A stretch of DNA of 63,882 nt, filler included, from Rhabdomonas costata (Eukaryota): assembly GCA_019059605.1 (NCBI GenBank). It is 52 parts of 52 records of this genome, joined end to end, with 100 filler letters (N's around TTAATTAATTAA, not from the genome) between each part and the next. Parts side by side here need not be neighbours in the genome. Positions count along the whole stretch, not along the records: positions 23,392 to 24,522 come from JAHMHO010027089.1; positions 24,623 to 25,753 come from JAHMHO010027090.1; positions 25,854 to 26,983 come from JAHMHO010027091.1; positions 27,084 to 28,213 come from JAHMHO010027092.1; positions 28,314 to 29,443 come from JAHMHO010027093.1; positions 29,544 to 30,673 come from JAHMHO010027094.1; positions 30,774 to 31,905 come from JAHMHO010027095.1; positions 32,006 to 33,135 come from JAHMHO010027096.1; 44 more parts are not named here. One strand, written 5' to 3'. A program made the position numbers and the translations under genes. This document shows positions 24,047 through 36,310 of the stretch, one piece after another (position 1 is the stretch's first letter; the number at the start of each line of letters is the position of its first letter). The notes beneath the pieces are model-generated. The model was not told the DNA's origin. It saw only the letters and a list, made by a program, of their open reading frames with translations, and ran no database searches.

Positions 24047-26237
24047 CTGAAAACCACACCCAAGAAACCGTTTTAGAAACACATTCCCAACAAGCTCACT
24101 TATAGGGGTGGGGGGCGACACAGAAAGGAAGGGGCACATCCCTCTGAATGGCACTGAAGCAAATGCATAGCAGCAGGTTTATGTGTTCTGAACCTAAGAT
24201 CCAGAGGGAAAAGGAGTATGTGCGTATATGGGGCATCTTCACCTACACTGAACACGGATGAAGTGGCGTGGGACTTGCGCATCCCGAAAGGCAATTCTAT
24301 TCACACAAGAGACTCAGATATGACAATCAAATCAACCCCACATTTGCTAGCCTGAGGTACATTCATTTTATCTACTTAAGAGGGGTTAAAAAACCATTTG
24401 GCCGTGCAAAACGTTTACCGACTTCCTCGCCATAATTCATGAGGACCCAGTTGGCACCGCAGCGACCAAAAATGCCACTGGGCCGTGAGAGGCATTGCCC
24501 TTCCTGTTGCAACCACCCACACNNNNNNNNNNNNNNNNNNNNNNNNNNNNNNNNNNNNNNNNNNNNTTAATTAATTAANNNNNNNNNNNNNNNNNNNNNN
24601 NNNNNNNNNNNNNNNNNNNNNNGGTTGGTGGGGGCAAGGCTGATGTGCCTTTCAGCTGACGACAGCTTTGGAGACCGGCCAACGCTGGAAACAATTTTTC
24701 CTGTTGGACAATATGGCGGTGGTGCAATAAGGGGCAACCCCTCCCTTCCCCCCCAAGGTCACGTTCCCGCCTAGCCTCCCACTTCGGCTGCGCAGACTGG
24801 CCCCTGGTTGCATTTTAAGGAGCTGTCGAACAATAATCCGCTGGCGAGCATTGGCACAGTTTACCCAATCCTTGTCAAGTCATAAAGTTTTCCCCACTTT
24901 TCTCTTACCACATACCACTTGTCAAAAGCAACCATACTCCCCCCCTCCCAACCTCACTTGACTCACGATTCTCCAAGATGCTGAGGACTGCGCACCTCGG
25001 CCCATTTTCGATATCAATCGCCATAAATACGGAGACATCACCCTCAGGCGCTCCACACACACAATGAGTTGGGTGTAAAGGGTAAACTCTGGTACGGATA
25101 CTGTCACCGAAGTTGGCGCGAATCCACATCACGGTCTATCATGATGGTCTCTCGATTAGGCGTTAGGCTGAAGGCAACTCTCAACTGTGGCCCCACCCCA
25201 CCCAGATCTTCCCCTGTGAAACATGGGGGCCAGCAGGCACCTGGTTGGGGACAAAAGTTGCCTCGGCGCGCTGAAATGGCGGGGTCTCGTTCCGTGGTGA
25301 AACTTTGGATGGCAAGTGGGAAGGGTCAAACACACACACTCACAATCACATTCAAACTTACTCGATTGCATATGTATCCCCAAACACTCACGTTTGTAGG
25401 ACAGCGGTGGGAGAGACGGGGGGGAGCGCGGCTTACGGGCTCTTTCCCGTGAGTGAGCTGGTAGGCCAACTGGGTGGACAGGCCCAGCCGCAGCCCCATA
25501 AGCAAGCCCGTGTTGAGGGTGAAGTGACCCGTCACAAACACTTTGCCCAACGAGTCCTTCAACAGGGATTGATTCGTCTTCACCGCTGACGACGGCACAA
25601 AAAAAGATAGCACCCCCCCCCCCAATTGAGGATTTTACGGACCCTACAGGGTGTCTCGTGTCATATTAGGACATGGCAGGCCTTGCAGGGGTCAGGGAGC
25701 AATGCACCGTGCCCCCCACGACTTTTCTCAGAATGCGTAACTTATCCCCACTCNNNNNNNNNNNNNNNNNNNNNNNNNNNNNNNNNNNNNNNNNNNNTTA
25801 ATTAATTAANNNNNNNNNNNNNNNNNNNNNNNNNNNNNNNNNNNNNNNNNNNNGGTTTGGTGGACATCACGGAGCCGGACCTGCCGGCCTCTGGAGCGGA
25901 GGAGCCTGTCAGTGGGGCCAGCGCGTTCTGCAGCAATGGTGGCGGGCCGAAAAGCGATGTCCACCGCAAGAGCTGGATGTCCGCGAGCAGTACGGCTGCA
26001 GGTAATGAGCAATGAGCCATGCATTTGAAGTCTTCGGGTTGGGTAAACCGGATGACACCCGGGCCTTCCTGGTATGAATCTTGATGATGAGAACTGTACG
26101 CAATTTTCTCTCCATGATGCACCTGCATCACATTCCCTCACGACTCTACGGTTCTCCGTTTTCCCATGGCTTGCCATACACTGCGCGCTGTTCTGTGTGA
26201 ATTTCCTTGGTTGCTTTTGCTGTCGCTGGATTGCGAG

Positions 26238-26484
26238 GGCCGTTTCCTTGACTACCTCTATCCCATAGATGAGATGTTCTCGGGCCACGTTCGGCAGCTC
26301 AACACCTTCCAGGTGGTCAGCCCCGCGGCCCGCAGCGGTGGGGCGGGTGCCACCCTGGCCGACATAGAGCCTATGATAATCTTCGAGGGCCAGCTGGGGA
26401 TGGGCAAGAGCATGCTGGCCGTGGACCTGCAAAACCAGTGGCCGTTGCTGCCTGTTATGGTGGCTACCGCCAGCGAGCATGAGC
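26238..26484 (+). CDS. P-loop NTPase exon (STAND/AAA-like)
   Basis: MIIFEGQLGMGKSMLA is a hydrophobic strand followed by a Walker A GxxGxGKS. The exon ends at a gtaggt donor. Confidence 0.65.
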
Positions 26485-28383
26485 GTAGGTCAGTTCTATT
26501 ATTCTTTTATCTGCCGCCCCCCCCCCCTGGAACTTCAAATAAATGAATCCTCAAGGAATCATGACGGGAGGATCACACCAGTGGCCAGGGGTGTATTTCG
26601 TGGATGGAATGATTGACCCAAGGGTGTTCACCGATTTGATCTTGGAGTTAACTTCGACAACCGAACACAATTCGGGGTGAGACGACATGATTGCGGTCAA
26701 ATTGCCTTCCTCAACGACCTGGAGTGGTTTGGTACGGTCGGCTACACCACACAGTGATGCAGCCGAAGTCGGCACACCAGGGTTGGAAAAACCCTCCCTC
26801 CCTCATGCAATTGAAAGACCATGTCTTCCACTCAAATGTCGTGTGCCATTCCAACTGAAACATTCCCCTTTCAAATCAAAAGAGAACTTTGGCACGCGAC
26901 ACAACCAATCAGGGAAGCAAACTGGGGAGCAGAGGCCCATTTCGGTTAAACTTTCATTTGCCTCTGTTTTTCCCCTATCAAACNNNNNNNNNNNNNNNNN
27001 NNNNNNNNNNNNNNNNNNNNNNNNNNNTTAATTAATTAANNNNNNNNNNNNNNNNNNNNNNNNNNNNNNNNNNNNNNNNNNNNGATCTCTCATGACACCG
27101 CCTAGGTGGATGACTCACAATCCCGGAGCCAGGTGAGTAAGTGGAACTCACCTTCCCTCTCCTCGTCCAAATTATCGCTGGTGACTCTGCCGCAGTGGGC
27201 GCCGCCGAACTCCTTCAACCCCAGCCCCTGGGAAGCGGAGGAGAAGTACTCCGCCCTCTAATCATCGGCCTCATTCTTCTGCAAAAAATCAAGGTGACAA
27301 TGATGCCAACAAAAAGCCAAAAAAAGCGGAAGGACTCCAGGAAGACTCCAGGGAGAAGCCATCCTCTCGTAGTGACAGGGACAGTTCCAGGAAGGGATCT
27401 TCTGCGTTCAACAAGAAAAGCCGTAGCACCGAACATGATGAAGGGCACGTTTCGGAGCGGCCTCCTGCTGCGCAGAGCTCCTCGGCAGCTCGGTCACCCG
27501 CCACCGCGGAGGATGACGAGTGGACCGTAGTTGACAGAACAGGTTCCCCTCCCTTTCTTCCCAGCGGTTCTCACCTCTGTTCCGGCTGAACGGTTTGCAG
27601 GTGTCAACTTAACTCACTGCCGAGAATCCACACCCACACACCCACACACCCATCCCCACACATGCACCCACCGACGCACCGACCCACCCACACACACACG
27701 TGCCAAAGGCAAAAGGCATTGCCTAGGAGAGGTCTCCAGTGGTCTTTTGGTCCAGTGTGCTTCTGGTCCAGTGGGCTTTTGAACTCATACCAGCGACCCT
27801 GCACATCGAGCGGCATACTTACTTTAAAATATGTGGGCTGATAGAGTTGTGCCTTTTTGTGCGTATTCAGGCTGAGAAAGTGGAACGTTGATGGAGTTCG
27901 ACGCGTTCGACGAGCGGACAGGACGGCGCTCATCACGCGCGTTTTTGATACTTCTGTCAAAGGGCAAACACACCGGTCTGAGGGTGGCAGGGTTTTGGGA
28001 TTGTGTCTTTAATGGCTCCAATCCTGCTGCTTCGCCCTCGGACTGTGAATTTCGCGTTTCGATGCTTCACTGTGTACTGTAAAATGCTGGTTACTTTTGA
28101 TTCCGGGATAGTTTGAATGGCTACAGTCGGCAAAAAAAACTTTCCCTTGCCGAGAGCAGCTTTTCAGCGCGGCATTGTCCAAATTAAATGAATTTCAGTG
28201 GACCCCACAAACANNNNNNNNNNNNNNNNNNNNNNNNNNNNNNNNNNNNNNNNNNNNTTAATTAATTAANNNNNNNNNNNNNNNNNNNNNNNNNNNNNNN
28301 NNNNNNNNNNNNNGTTTTTTTTTCTTTTCTTTTCTTTTCTTTTCAGCGACTGCCTTGCCTTCTGCATGCCTTTGCCTTTGTGG

Positions 28384-28838
28384 GTGATGGATGATCCCGT
28401 GTTCACAGCTGACGGTCATACCTACTCTCGGCGGGCCATCAGCCAGTGGTTCATCCAGTGTCCTGCGGAAGTTCCCACCTCCCCTAACACAGGTCGTCTG
28501 TGTGTGTGTGTGCTGGCATCCCTGTCTTTTCGCCAGCCACCTTTTGCTGAGCAAACGAAAAACTTGTCAAATACAAGCGCAGGAAAATGTTTCAGTCTTT
28601 CTCTCTCTGCTCTTTTCTCTGGTTTTGCGAGAAGGCCAAGGGGTCTCTGGGTCCTTGACCCTCGCCCACTCGAATTCTTTCGCCTCTGCAGGGCTTCCTT
28701 TGCCCACCCTCACCCTGATTGGGAACCACAACCTGAAGCTGCAGGTGCAGCGGTGGAGGGAGCAGACCGGGCGGCCTCCACCAACTCCCGCCCCGCTGTG
28801 CTCCCCAGAGGCCCCCGCACCTCGCAGCGGAGTCTCAG
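28384..28838 (+). CDS. U-box domain E3 ligase, two exons (~28384-28492 and 28692-28838)
   Basis: Splicing the GT-AG intron 28493-28691 gives VMDDPVFTADGHTYSRRAISQWF...TSPNTG-LPLPTLTLIGNHNLKLQVQRW, a canonical U-box. Confidence 0.9.
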
Positions 28839-29604
28839 GTCTCTGGCTATGCTGGTAGAGTATTTCGTTTTTTGTGCTCACGTGAATCAGCTGAAGTTAA
28901 GACATTTGCTGATTTTTCGCTTCTAACTTTTCGAAAATAAGAGACTGTGTGATTCAACGCTCTGCGTTTTGCTGTGCTTTTTGGGTTGACAAAGGTGCCG
29001 ACCCATCAGAAGGTCCCTTAGGAACTTTTACGTATAATCAGAGTGTTTCTCTTCCTCTTCTGTTTGTCGCTTCAGGTTCGGCGGCAGTTGGCAGCAGTGG
29101 TAGCAGAACAGATGATTTGTCTCCAGCAATACGGTCTGCCAAAGAAAGGAGGAAAGGGGGCGGGGATCGCTGCTTCGTCATTGTTGGGAAATGGCTCTCC
29201 TTGGAAAACATTTCAGCACCACCACCACTCCACTCCCGCCATTCACTTTGCTTTGTATCACCTACCCCCCCCCCCCCCCCCCCGCCGGCATGGGAACTTC
29301 GGCCACCATCCTTGGAACATCCAAGGCGTCGTGGGCGAAACCGTCGGACAGCTCCAAAGCTGTGTGTTGGATGGAAAGAAAAGCCCATCATTGCATCATT
29401 TCTTCTTCTGAATATTTTCAGGTGTCTTTCCGATTAGTGGGTTNNNNNNNNNNNNNNNNNNNNNNNNNNNNNNNNNNNNNNNNNNNNTTAATTAATTAAN
29501 NNNNNNNNNNNNNNNNNNNNNNNNNNNNNNNNNNNNNNNNNNNACAAATGCCTCAGTGCAACGAAGAAAGGGGAAGCGAGGATGCTGCTGAAACATCAGA
29601 GAGG

Positions 29605-30650
29605 CTACGGCGGAGGATGGTGGACCCATTCGAGGCCGCCGCCGGCACGCAGTTCCTCGAGCACGGCACCCAAGTCCAGAATCTGGGGCGGCACAGCCAC
29701 TGGGATACCGCCCGGTGCGGCAACGAGAGCCGGGAGAGGAAGGAAGGGTCGGCCTGCGGGTGCGCCGCCTGGAGGCCAGTAAGCGGGGTTCGGGGCGCCA
29801 TTCGCGATAACCTGGCCGAACTCCAGCACAGGGGAGGGGATCGGGGCACCCCCAGCAGGGTTGCGCAACACCGTCCACGCGTACAGGCGGCGACACTCGT
29901 TCGTCGCGTCGTCGTGCAGCTTGACCAAGATGACGAATTGCAGGGTGGGTATGTCCTGGAGGAGCGTCTGAGCACGCGAGCTCAGCTGGCCGGCAGTTTG
30001 GGATGCACCAACCTAAAGCGGCATAAAGTCATCTATACTCTTTGTATACTGCCCAACCCCAAGAGTGATGCAATACGTACATGACTCGGCTTTCAGCTCT
30101 GACTAACTCTCATCCCCGGCTTGATATGCTGCTGTGCCACTGCAAGCCTTTCAGAGGTAGGGAAGATAGCATCTAGAATAGAATTATATGGCAGGCATAC
30201 CTCAAGTGCAATGGCGTAGTGGTTGGCGCCCGTGGGCAACACGCAGCCGACGTGAGCGTCTGGACTTAGATTGGGGCGTCCAGGCGGAGTAATGATTCGG
30301 CCCAGCCCGACCACGTAGCCGTGCGGCCGGTAGATGCCCGTCAGAAGGCCGCGGATTTCGGCGCGTGTTATTCCATGGGACGTGATGCAGGCCTCGCGGA
30401 CGATCACCTGCTTGTTCACCTCGTCATAATCGACGCGCAGCCCATTCTCGGAGTCGGCGAGCCACTGGTTGAAGAGGTGGACACTCACATTGTGGCCGAT
30501 TCTGAAGGGGCACAGCCCGCGGTCGCACTGAAGGGCGATGGCCTGGAGAGCAGCGTCATCAGGAGGGAAAATAATTTCGTTCTGCGGTGGAGCCACCCCA
30601 GAAGGACCTACGGAGTCAGTCTCCGACGGCGCGGAAGAAAATGAAGCCAT
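29605..30650 (-). CDS. Uma2-like PD-(D/E)xK restriction-endonuclease-fold protein, two exons (30650-30201 and 30012-29605), ~285 aa
   Basis: Removing a 188-nt GT-AG intron (30200-30013) joins two ORFs in frame: ..SHG..NLSPDAHVG..HYAIALE|VGASQTAGQLSSRAQTLLQDIPTLQFVILVKL.. This fits the Uma2 pattern H...PD...hhhEVg.Sq...L...a......v..vilik. Confidence 0.75.
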
Positions 30651-32015
30651 GGGAGGTAGCAAACCAAAAAAGGNNNNNNNNNNNNNNNNNNNNNNNNNNN
30701 NNNNNNNNNNNNNNNNNTTAATTAATTAANNNNNNNNNNNNNNNNNNNNNNNNNNNNNNNNNNNNNNNNNNNNGTAGGGTTGTGTCGCGATACTCGAACT
30801 TTGAGCTCGTCACAGCAGACGTTTGTGCGATGGTTAGGATGTGATGAGGAATGTGGGAGTCCGTTTTTCACTCATGCGGTGAGGGGGAATTTGTTTTTAA
30901 TGCTGTGAGTCGATTTTGGTATCGTCCTAGTGCCTTAAGAATACGAAAGCCCCATGAGCTCAACAGTTCGTTCTTTCCTTCGGAGAGGGGGGGGCGTGTG
31001 TGTGTGTGTGTGTGTGTGTGTGACAGAGTTTCGGCCCTGAATGGCGGGGGTGTTGTGAGGAAGGCAATGGTTTCTGCCGTAAGGAGGAGCTGTTGTATTG
31101 AGAGGGGGGCGTTTCACGTTTCATACCGTTTTAACACCATTAAACGATCAATTATTTTTTATAAAAAACGTTGGCATCTAGAAAGCAGTACAGCAGTAAA
31201 CATAACCCTCCTTTGGAAAACTTGCATCACGTAACCTAACCCCCTATTTAGAACACCAAACAATTGTGTGTTTAACGCTGTTAAATGTTCACCACCGTTG
31301 AACAACAAAAGTCAAACCGGGCTGACTAAACACGACATGGCTGTGTAAACGCACGACACAGGCAACGAGAGAGTTGTGGTGGCATCCCGAGTGCCCACGC
31401 ACCCTCGCTTCCGGCCACAGGCTCAGAGTTTCCACTTTCCAGTTTCACTCTCTTCACTTCGCTTCGCTGGGGCACCGCACCACGAGAGAGCAGAGCGAGA
31501 GGGTCGCACCGTCGAGCCATCGTCGCGAGGCTTGTCCTTGTCTGCCTTGCCTTCCTCCAGGAGGCACCTGTGATGTATTGGGGCACGTTCGGAAAACTCA
31601 CCGTAAGGTGGTGAAATGTGAAGCCCAATGGGTTTGATCGGCCATTTCGGACTTGCTCTCCGGTCATTTTTGTCACTGGTCTCATCAACATTACAGATCA
31701 GCTCACTTCTTCCTCTGGCTCTCAGGACTTCTCCTGCGAGCAGACACGGCTTTGGGAGATGCCACCCATCTGCAATATCCGCATTATCCCGGGACCCCAA
31801 ATGAATTTTTTTTCCCTTTTGTTGACCCTTGCGGCTGTTGCTCTAACAAAGTCGAGAGCAATTCGGACACACCCAGGGAATGGCGGCAACGCGAAACCCA
31901 ACAAANNNNNNNNNNNNNNNNNNNNNNNNNNNNNNNNNNNNNNNNNNNNTTAATTAATTAANNNNNNNNNNNNNNNNNNNNNNNNNNNNNNNNNNNNNNN
32001 NNNNNGGTGTGGTGG

Positions 32016-32416
32016 GTGTGCTCTACCCACGCTTGGATGTGCGGCCTCAGCAGCACCCTTCCCAGGGTGAAGCACACCGACGCCCCGGCCAGCGCCCCAG
32101 TGTACACTGGGAGGAACCCCTGCCACCCAAACACGTACCCCGCCGTCAGCAGCACCAGACCGTACCCCAGCATCGGGGGAAACGATGTCAGGAAGGCTCC
32201 GAAGCACAGCACAACCATTGCCTTTGGCCCCTTCCGAGCCTCCACCCACTGCACCACGTCCAGAATAACGCCGGCTAGGCCATGGCGGTGGGTGTACACC
32301 ATAGCTGCCGCGCAGCTCAGGCCGGCGAGGAGAACTAGGGCAACCGCAGACGCGGCAAGGGACTGCCGGGAGCACAGTCGGGTGGGGCCATTGGAAGGGA
32401 CAGGAAATGCTCCCAT
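32016..32416 (-). CDS. TVP38: TVP38/TMEM64 family (VTT/DedA domain) membrane protein, 5' part
   Basis: LTSFPPMLGYGLVLLTAGYVFGWQGFLPVYTGALAGASVCFTLGR matches the SFPP..GY......G..FG..G......G...G....F..GR signature. Confidence 0.85.
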
Positions 32417-33468
32417 GAGGGAGGACCCCCACCACCCCTGCCGCGTCGCAAAGCGCCGCGAGGGGCTTGGGGAGCGATGCCGGTGGGCAATGGTTGGCAC
32501 CGCTCTCTCGCTCTCACTCTCCCCAATTCTAAAGGCAAACACAAACACACAGGCAAACACTCTAACAAAGCACCACAAACTCCTCAGAAAAGAGATACCT
32601 GTCAGAGTCAGGAAAAACAACATAAAAGGGGCATGCGAGGGGGCAAGGAAATGGGAACGTCTGCGCGCTTGCACTAACCACACCCCAGATTTAACCGGGT
32701 ATTCTCACTTGAGCCACACGGGGGAATGAGGAAAGTGCGAATAAGGCATTAAAGAGGAAGAAAAGTGACAACTAAGACATAGGCTGCAGGGTAGTGATAT
32801 AACAGAAGGATGCTGCAGAAGCGTTAGAATGCATGCGTAACGACCGCAATACAAGCACCGCAGGAAGTGTACGTCGAAGAGGGGAGGGATATTCCCGAAT
32901 CAAAGCATTGATCATCTATTTTTGCGCGCGTCAATGGCCACGATAGGATAGGCATGTGAGGAAGGGGAGGCAGTCAGAATGGCGGTATATTCGGTTCAAA
33001 GTTTGTTAGCTCTGTTGAGCATTACACACACTTTCCGGTCGTCGCGACTCGAGCCAACCACCCGGTTTTCCTTTCCCAACTCGTCCCCACAGGCAAAAAG
33101 AAAAGGAGGACTCACCAATGAAATAACACCCCACCNNNNNNNNNNNNNNNNNNNNNNNNNNNNNNNNNNNNNNNNNNNNTTAATTAATTAANNNNNNNNN
33201 NNNNNNNNNNNNNNNNNNNNNNNNNNNNNNNNNNNATCCCCCTTGACCCCCTTGAGGGGGGGGGTCTGATGAGTCGCGGGAGGGGATTTAACTCTGTACC
33301 TGGTGCAGGTTGGAATCTAGGAACTGTGCCGGAATTTCGCAAACGTGATACTGCAATTCGGGTGCACTGGGTTTTTTTTGGGGTGACAATTACCATTGGT
33401 AAGTCGGCCCTAATGACATGATCTCCTGTGTCTGGTCTGTGCTGTATTGAATGGCCAGGTGTTGTGCA

Positions 33469-34355
33469 GGTGTTCTTCTTCCTTGGCTCGCAGCAGAACC
33501 AGCGGCTGCCAGTCCACATCGGACGTGCTGCGGTCTACTTACCTTCTGCTGCGGCAGTGCACCCCGCGGGACTCCCCGCACGCCCTGAGGCTGCTGCTGC
33601 TGTACCTGATCCGACACCTGACCTCGGTACACACCGCGAGGGTCTGCGGGAAGAGCCCGATCAACCTGATGGTCAGCGAGCTGGAGGCCCTCACGGACTA
33701 CTGGCCCTCTGGCGCAAGCTCACCGCAGGCGCTCTGCTCAGCCTCCGAGGTGCTAACAAACCTCCATCATCGTTGATCTTTTGCTGCGCGGCGACAGGGT
33801 TTCGAGAATTACGTCGAAATTACATAAAACTACATGAAATGACATGTATGTATTGGTCCGCAGAAGCCGAAATGCGGCATTCACGTTGTTGGAATCAATC
33901 GGCTCTTTTGGGAGGAAACCGTCGTCCTATGGCTCGAATGCGACTCTGCTGGCAAAATAAACTACATTCTTAAAAGTGTGCTCAGCGCACACCTCACTTT
34001 TATGTCTGCTTTACCTATCTGTTGTGCGGTGATTCCATGTGGAGGACCTTTAACGTTGATGTGATTACTTCGTCTTTTCTTTCTCTCCCTTTCAGGCTGG
34101 TGTCATCTCGCACTGTTGTGGGGCCCTAATGTCTCTCATCGGGGCTGTACTGAACAACTACTCCCTGCTGTGCGAGGCACGGTACCTCCCGCTGTGGCAC
34201 GACCATCCCTCGCAGTTTCGACTGATGAGCTTCCACCCGCGGCAGAAGAAGTGGGACCTTTTTCTGTGGCGGTGGCTTTCCTACCTGGACTTTGCTGTGC
34301 AAACCCTGCCCGCAGGCCCCCCAGGCGGCTGGGAGGTGCTCCACCACCTGAACCA
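33469..34355 (+). CDS. Exons of an uncharacterised protein
   Basis: GC-rich, AG/GT-bounded open blocks (e.g. DVLRSTYLLLRQCTPRDSPHALRLLLLYLIRHL and MSLIGAVLNNYSLLCEARYLPLWHDHP). No family recognised, and boundaries are approximate. Confidence 0.4.
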
Positions 34356-36153
34356 CACCACAACANNNNNNNNNNNNNNNNNNNNNNNNNNNNNNNNNNN
34401 NNNNNNNNNTTAATTAATTAANNNNNNNNNNNNNNNNNNNNNNNNNNNNNNNNNNNNNNNNNNNNGGGGGTTTTTCTCAGGATTTTGATTTGCAGCGTCC
34501 TCCACCGCATCGCCTTCTCTTCCTCTCCTGGGGGGCTAGCGCTGCTGCGGTGGGAACATTTCTCCTTCTTTCTTTCTCTTTACCTTTCTGTATGATATCA
34601 GCCTCCCTCCCAGTATGTTTGGTTTTTGTTGTTTCCGTTGCTGCTGTTCTTTTTCCTGCAGGGGGTTTTTGAAAACTGTCCCAGGAAACAGAAACCTGTC
34701 TCTCGATTTCTCTCATGGGGTGAGTGCTTCGGAGGAGGGAAGGAAGGCCTGTGGTGGTTGTGTGTATTCCCCGGCCCCTCCAGTGATTGGGGGTATCACT
34801 TGAGGGGAGGGGGTACTGTTTTTGGAAGGTGCCTTTCACTTCTCTCTCTCCCCCCTCCGAAAACCCTCCATTGCCTTGCCCGTGCTGCTGTGCACGGGTC
34901 TACCACAGAATATTCCCTTGAGATATCTCTCTCCCTTGTACAGTTCTTCTTTGGGGATATGCCGTAGCATGTGAGGTGTGGGGAGTCCCTGGATCACTGC
35001 CTTCCTTCAGGCGACTCGTTTTTTCTGAGACACAGAAGCCACTTCTGGCCGAGCCTTTGGTAGGCGAGGTCTCGGGCTCCCCCTCCAACTCCCCTCTCTG
35101 AGTGGAATGCAAGCGGGAGGCCGCGGTGAACTATGTCGAATCGGGTTAGGTCGATCACCTGACCCCCAACCCGGTCCAGCCCTCGTTCCCGCCGCCATGC
35201 CGCATCAGCTCTGAATGTCGATTTTTTCCCCACCACCTTTTTTTTCGCGCAGTTGCCGACTTGTACGAGTAGGGTAGTGCACCTTTTCTCTTTTTTTATT
35301 TTTTGTGTTCCATTTTCTTTTCTTTTTTTGCTCTCTTTCTCTTCTTTTTATTTCCTTTCCTTTCCTTTGTTCCCACTGCTGTGCTTGTTTTTGCTGCATT
35401 TGCCTTGTGGAGGTGATGGGGAGAGTGCTCCTGGATCGAGCCGTTATTGTTTCGGCCCCCGCGCAGTCCGGAATGGGTGGCGGATCGCGGGGGCTTTCCT
35501 GGTGCCCTGTGCTGTACAGCGTTTGTTTTCTGCACTGCCTTTGGGCCGCCCCACCAAAGCGTGGCGCGCCAAAAAAACCCACCCACACCCAACACNNNNN
35601 NNNNNNNNNNNNNNNNNNNNNNNNNNNNNNNNNNNNNNNTTAATTAATTAANNNNNNNNNNNNNNNNNNNNNNNNNNNNNNNNNNNNNNNNNNNNTGTTT
35701 GTGGCTTCTGGATGGAGGCACATTCACACAGATGAAACCACTCTGCATCACCAATGCCAGAAAGTTGGGAAGAATATCTAAGCCTCACCACGGGTTAGGT
35801 TTCTGCATTCCGTCCATATAAACTGAACGGGGTACAGTCTGCTCAACCAACGCAAAGGCAAAGAGACCACAGTGGAACGGGTGGATAAGGTGGATAAGGT
35901 TGAGGGTATTTACTCGGCGGTGCAACCAGCATTGGGCTGCTAACGCACGCCGGCTGCAGCGGAGCACCTGCTCTGGAGGAAGGGCGCGATGCAGCGAAGT
36001 TAGCTTGGTGCGGACAAGCCGCAGTGCTTGGGCCCGTAGGTCCTCCAGGGTTTTGGACTCCTCCATCGCGGCCACAATGGCCTGCAAAGGGCAGTGGAGC
36101 AACTGAAACTGAGTGCCGCTGCGGCGAACCCCTTCCCCCGAGATTACATATTT

Positions 36154-36310
36154 CCCTTCTTCGGGAGAGGACTCCTGCGGTGGCCATTCATCCACTTTCC
36201 ATTTCCCTTTTCATTTGCAGTGCACACAAATAACCCTTCTTCGGGAGAGGACTCCTGCGGTGGCCATTCATCCACTTTCCATTTCCCTTTTCATTTGCAG
36301 TGCACACAAA
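36154..36310 (+). repeat. Exact 77-bp tandem duplication (80-bp period)
   Basis: cccttcttcgggagagg...gtgcacacaaa occurs at 36154-36230 and 36234-36310. Confidence 0.9.
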
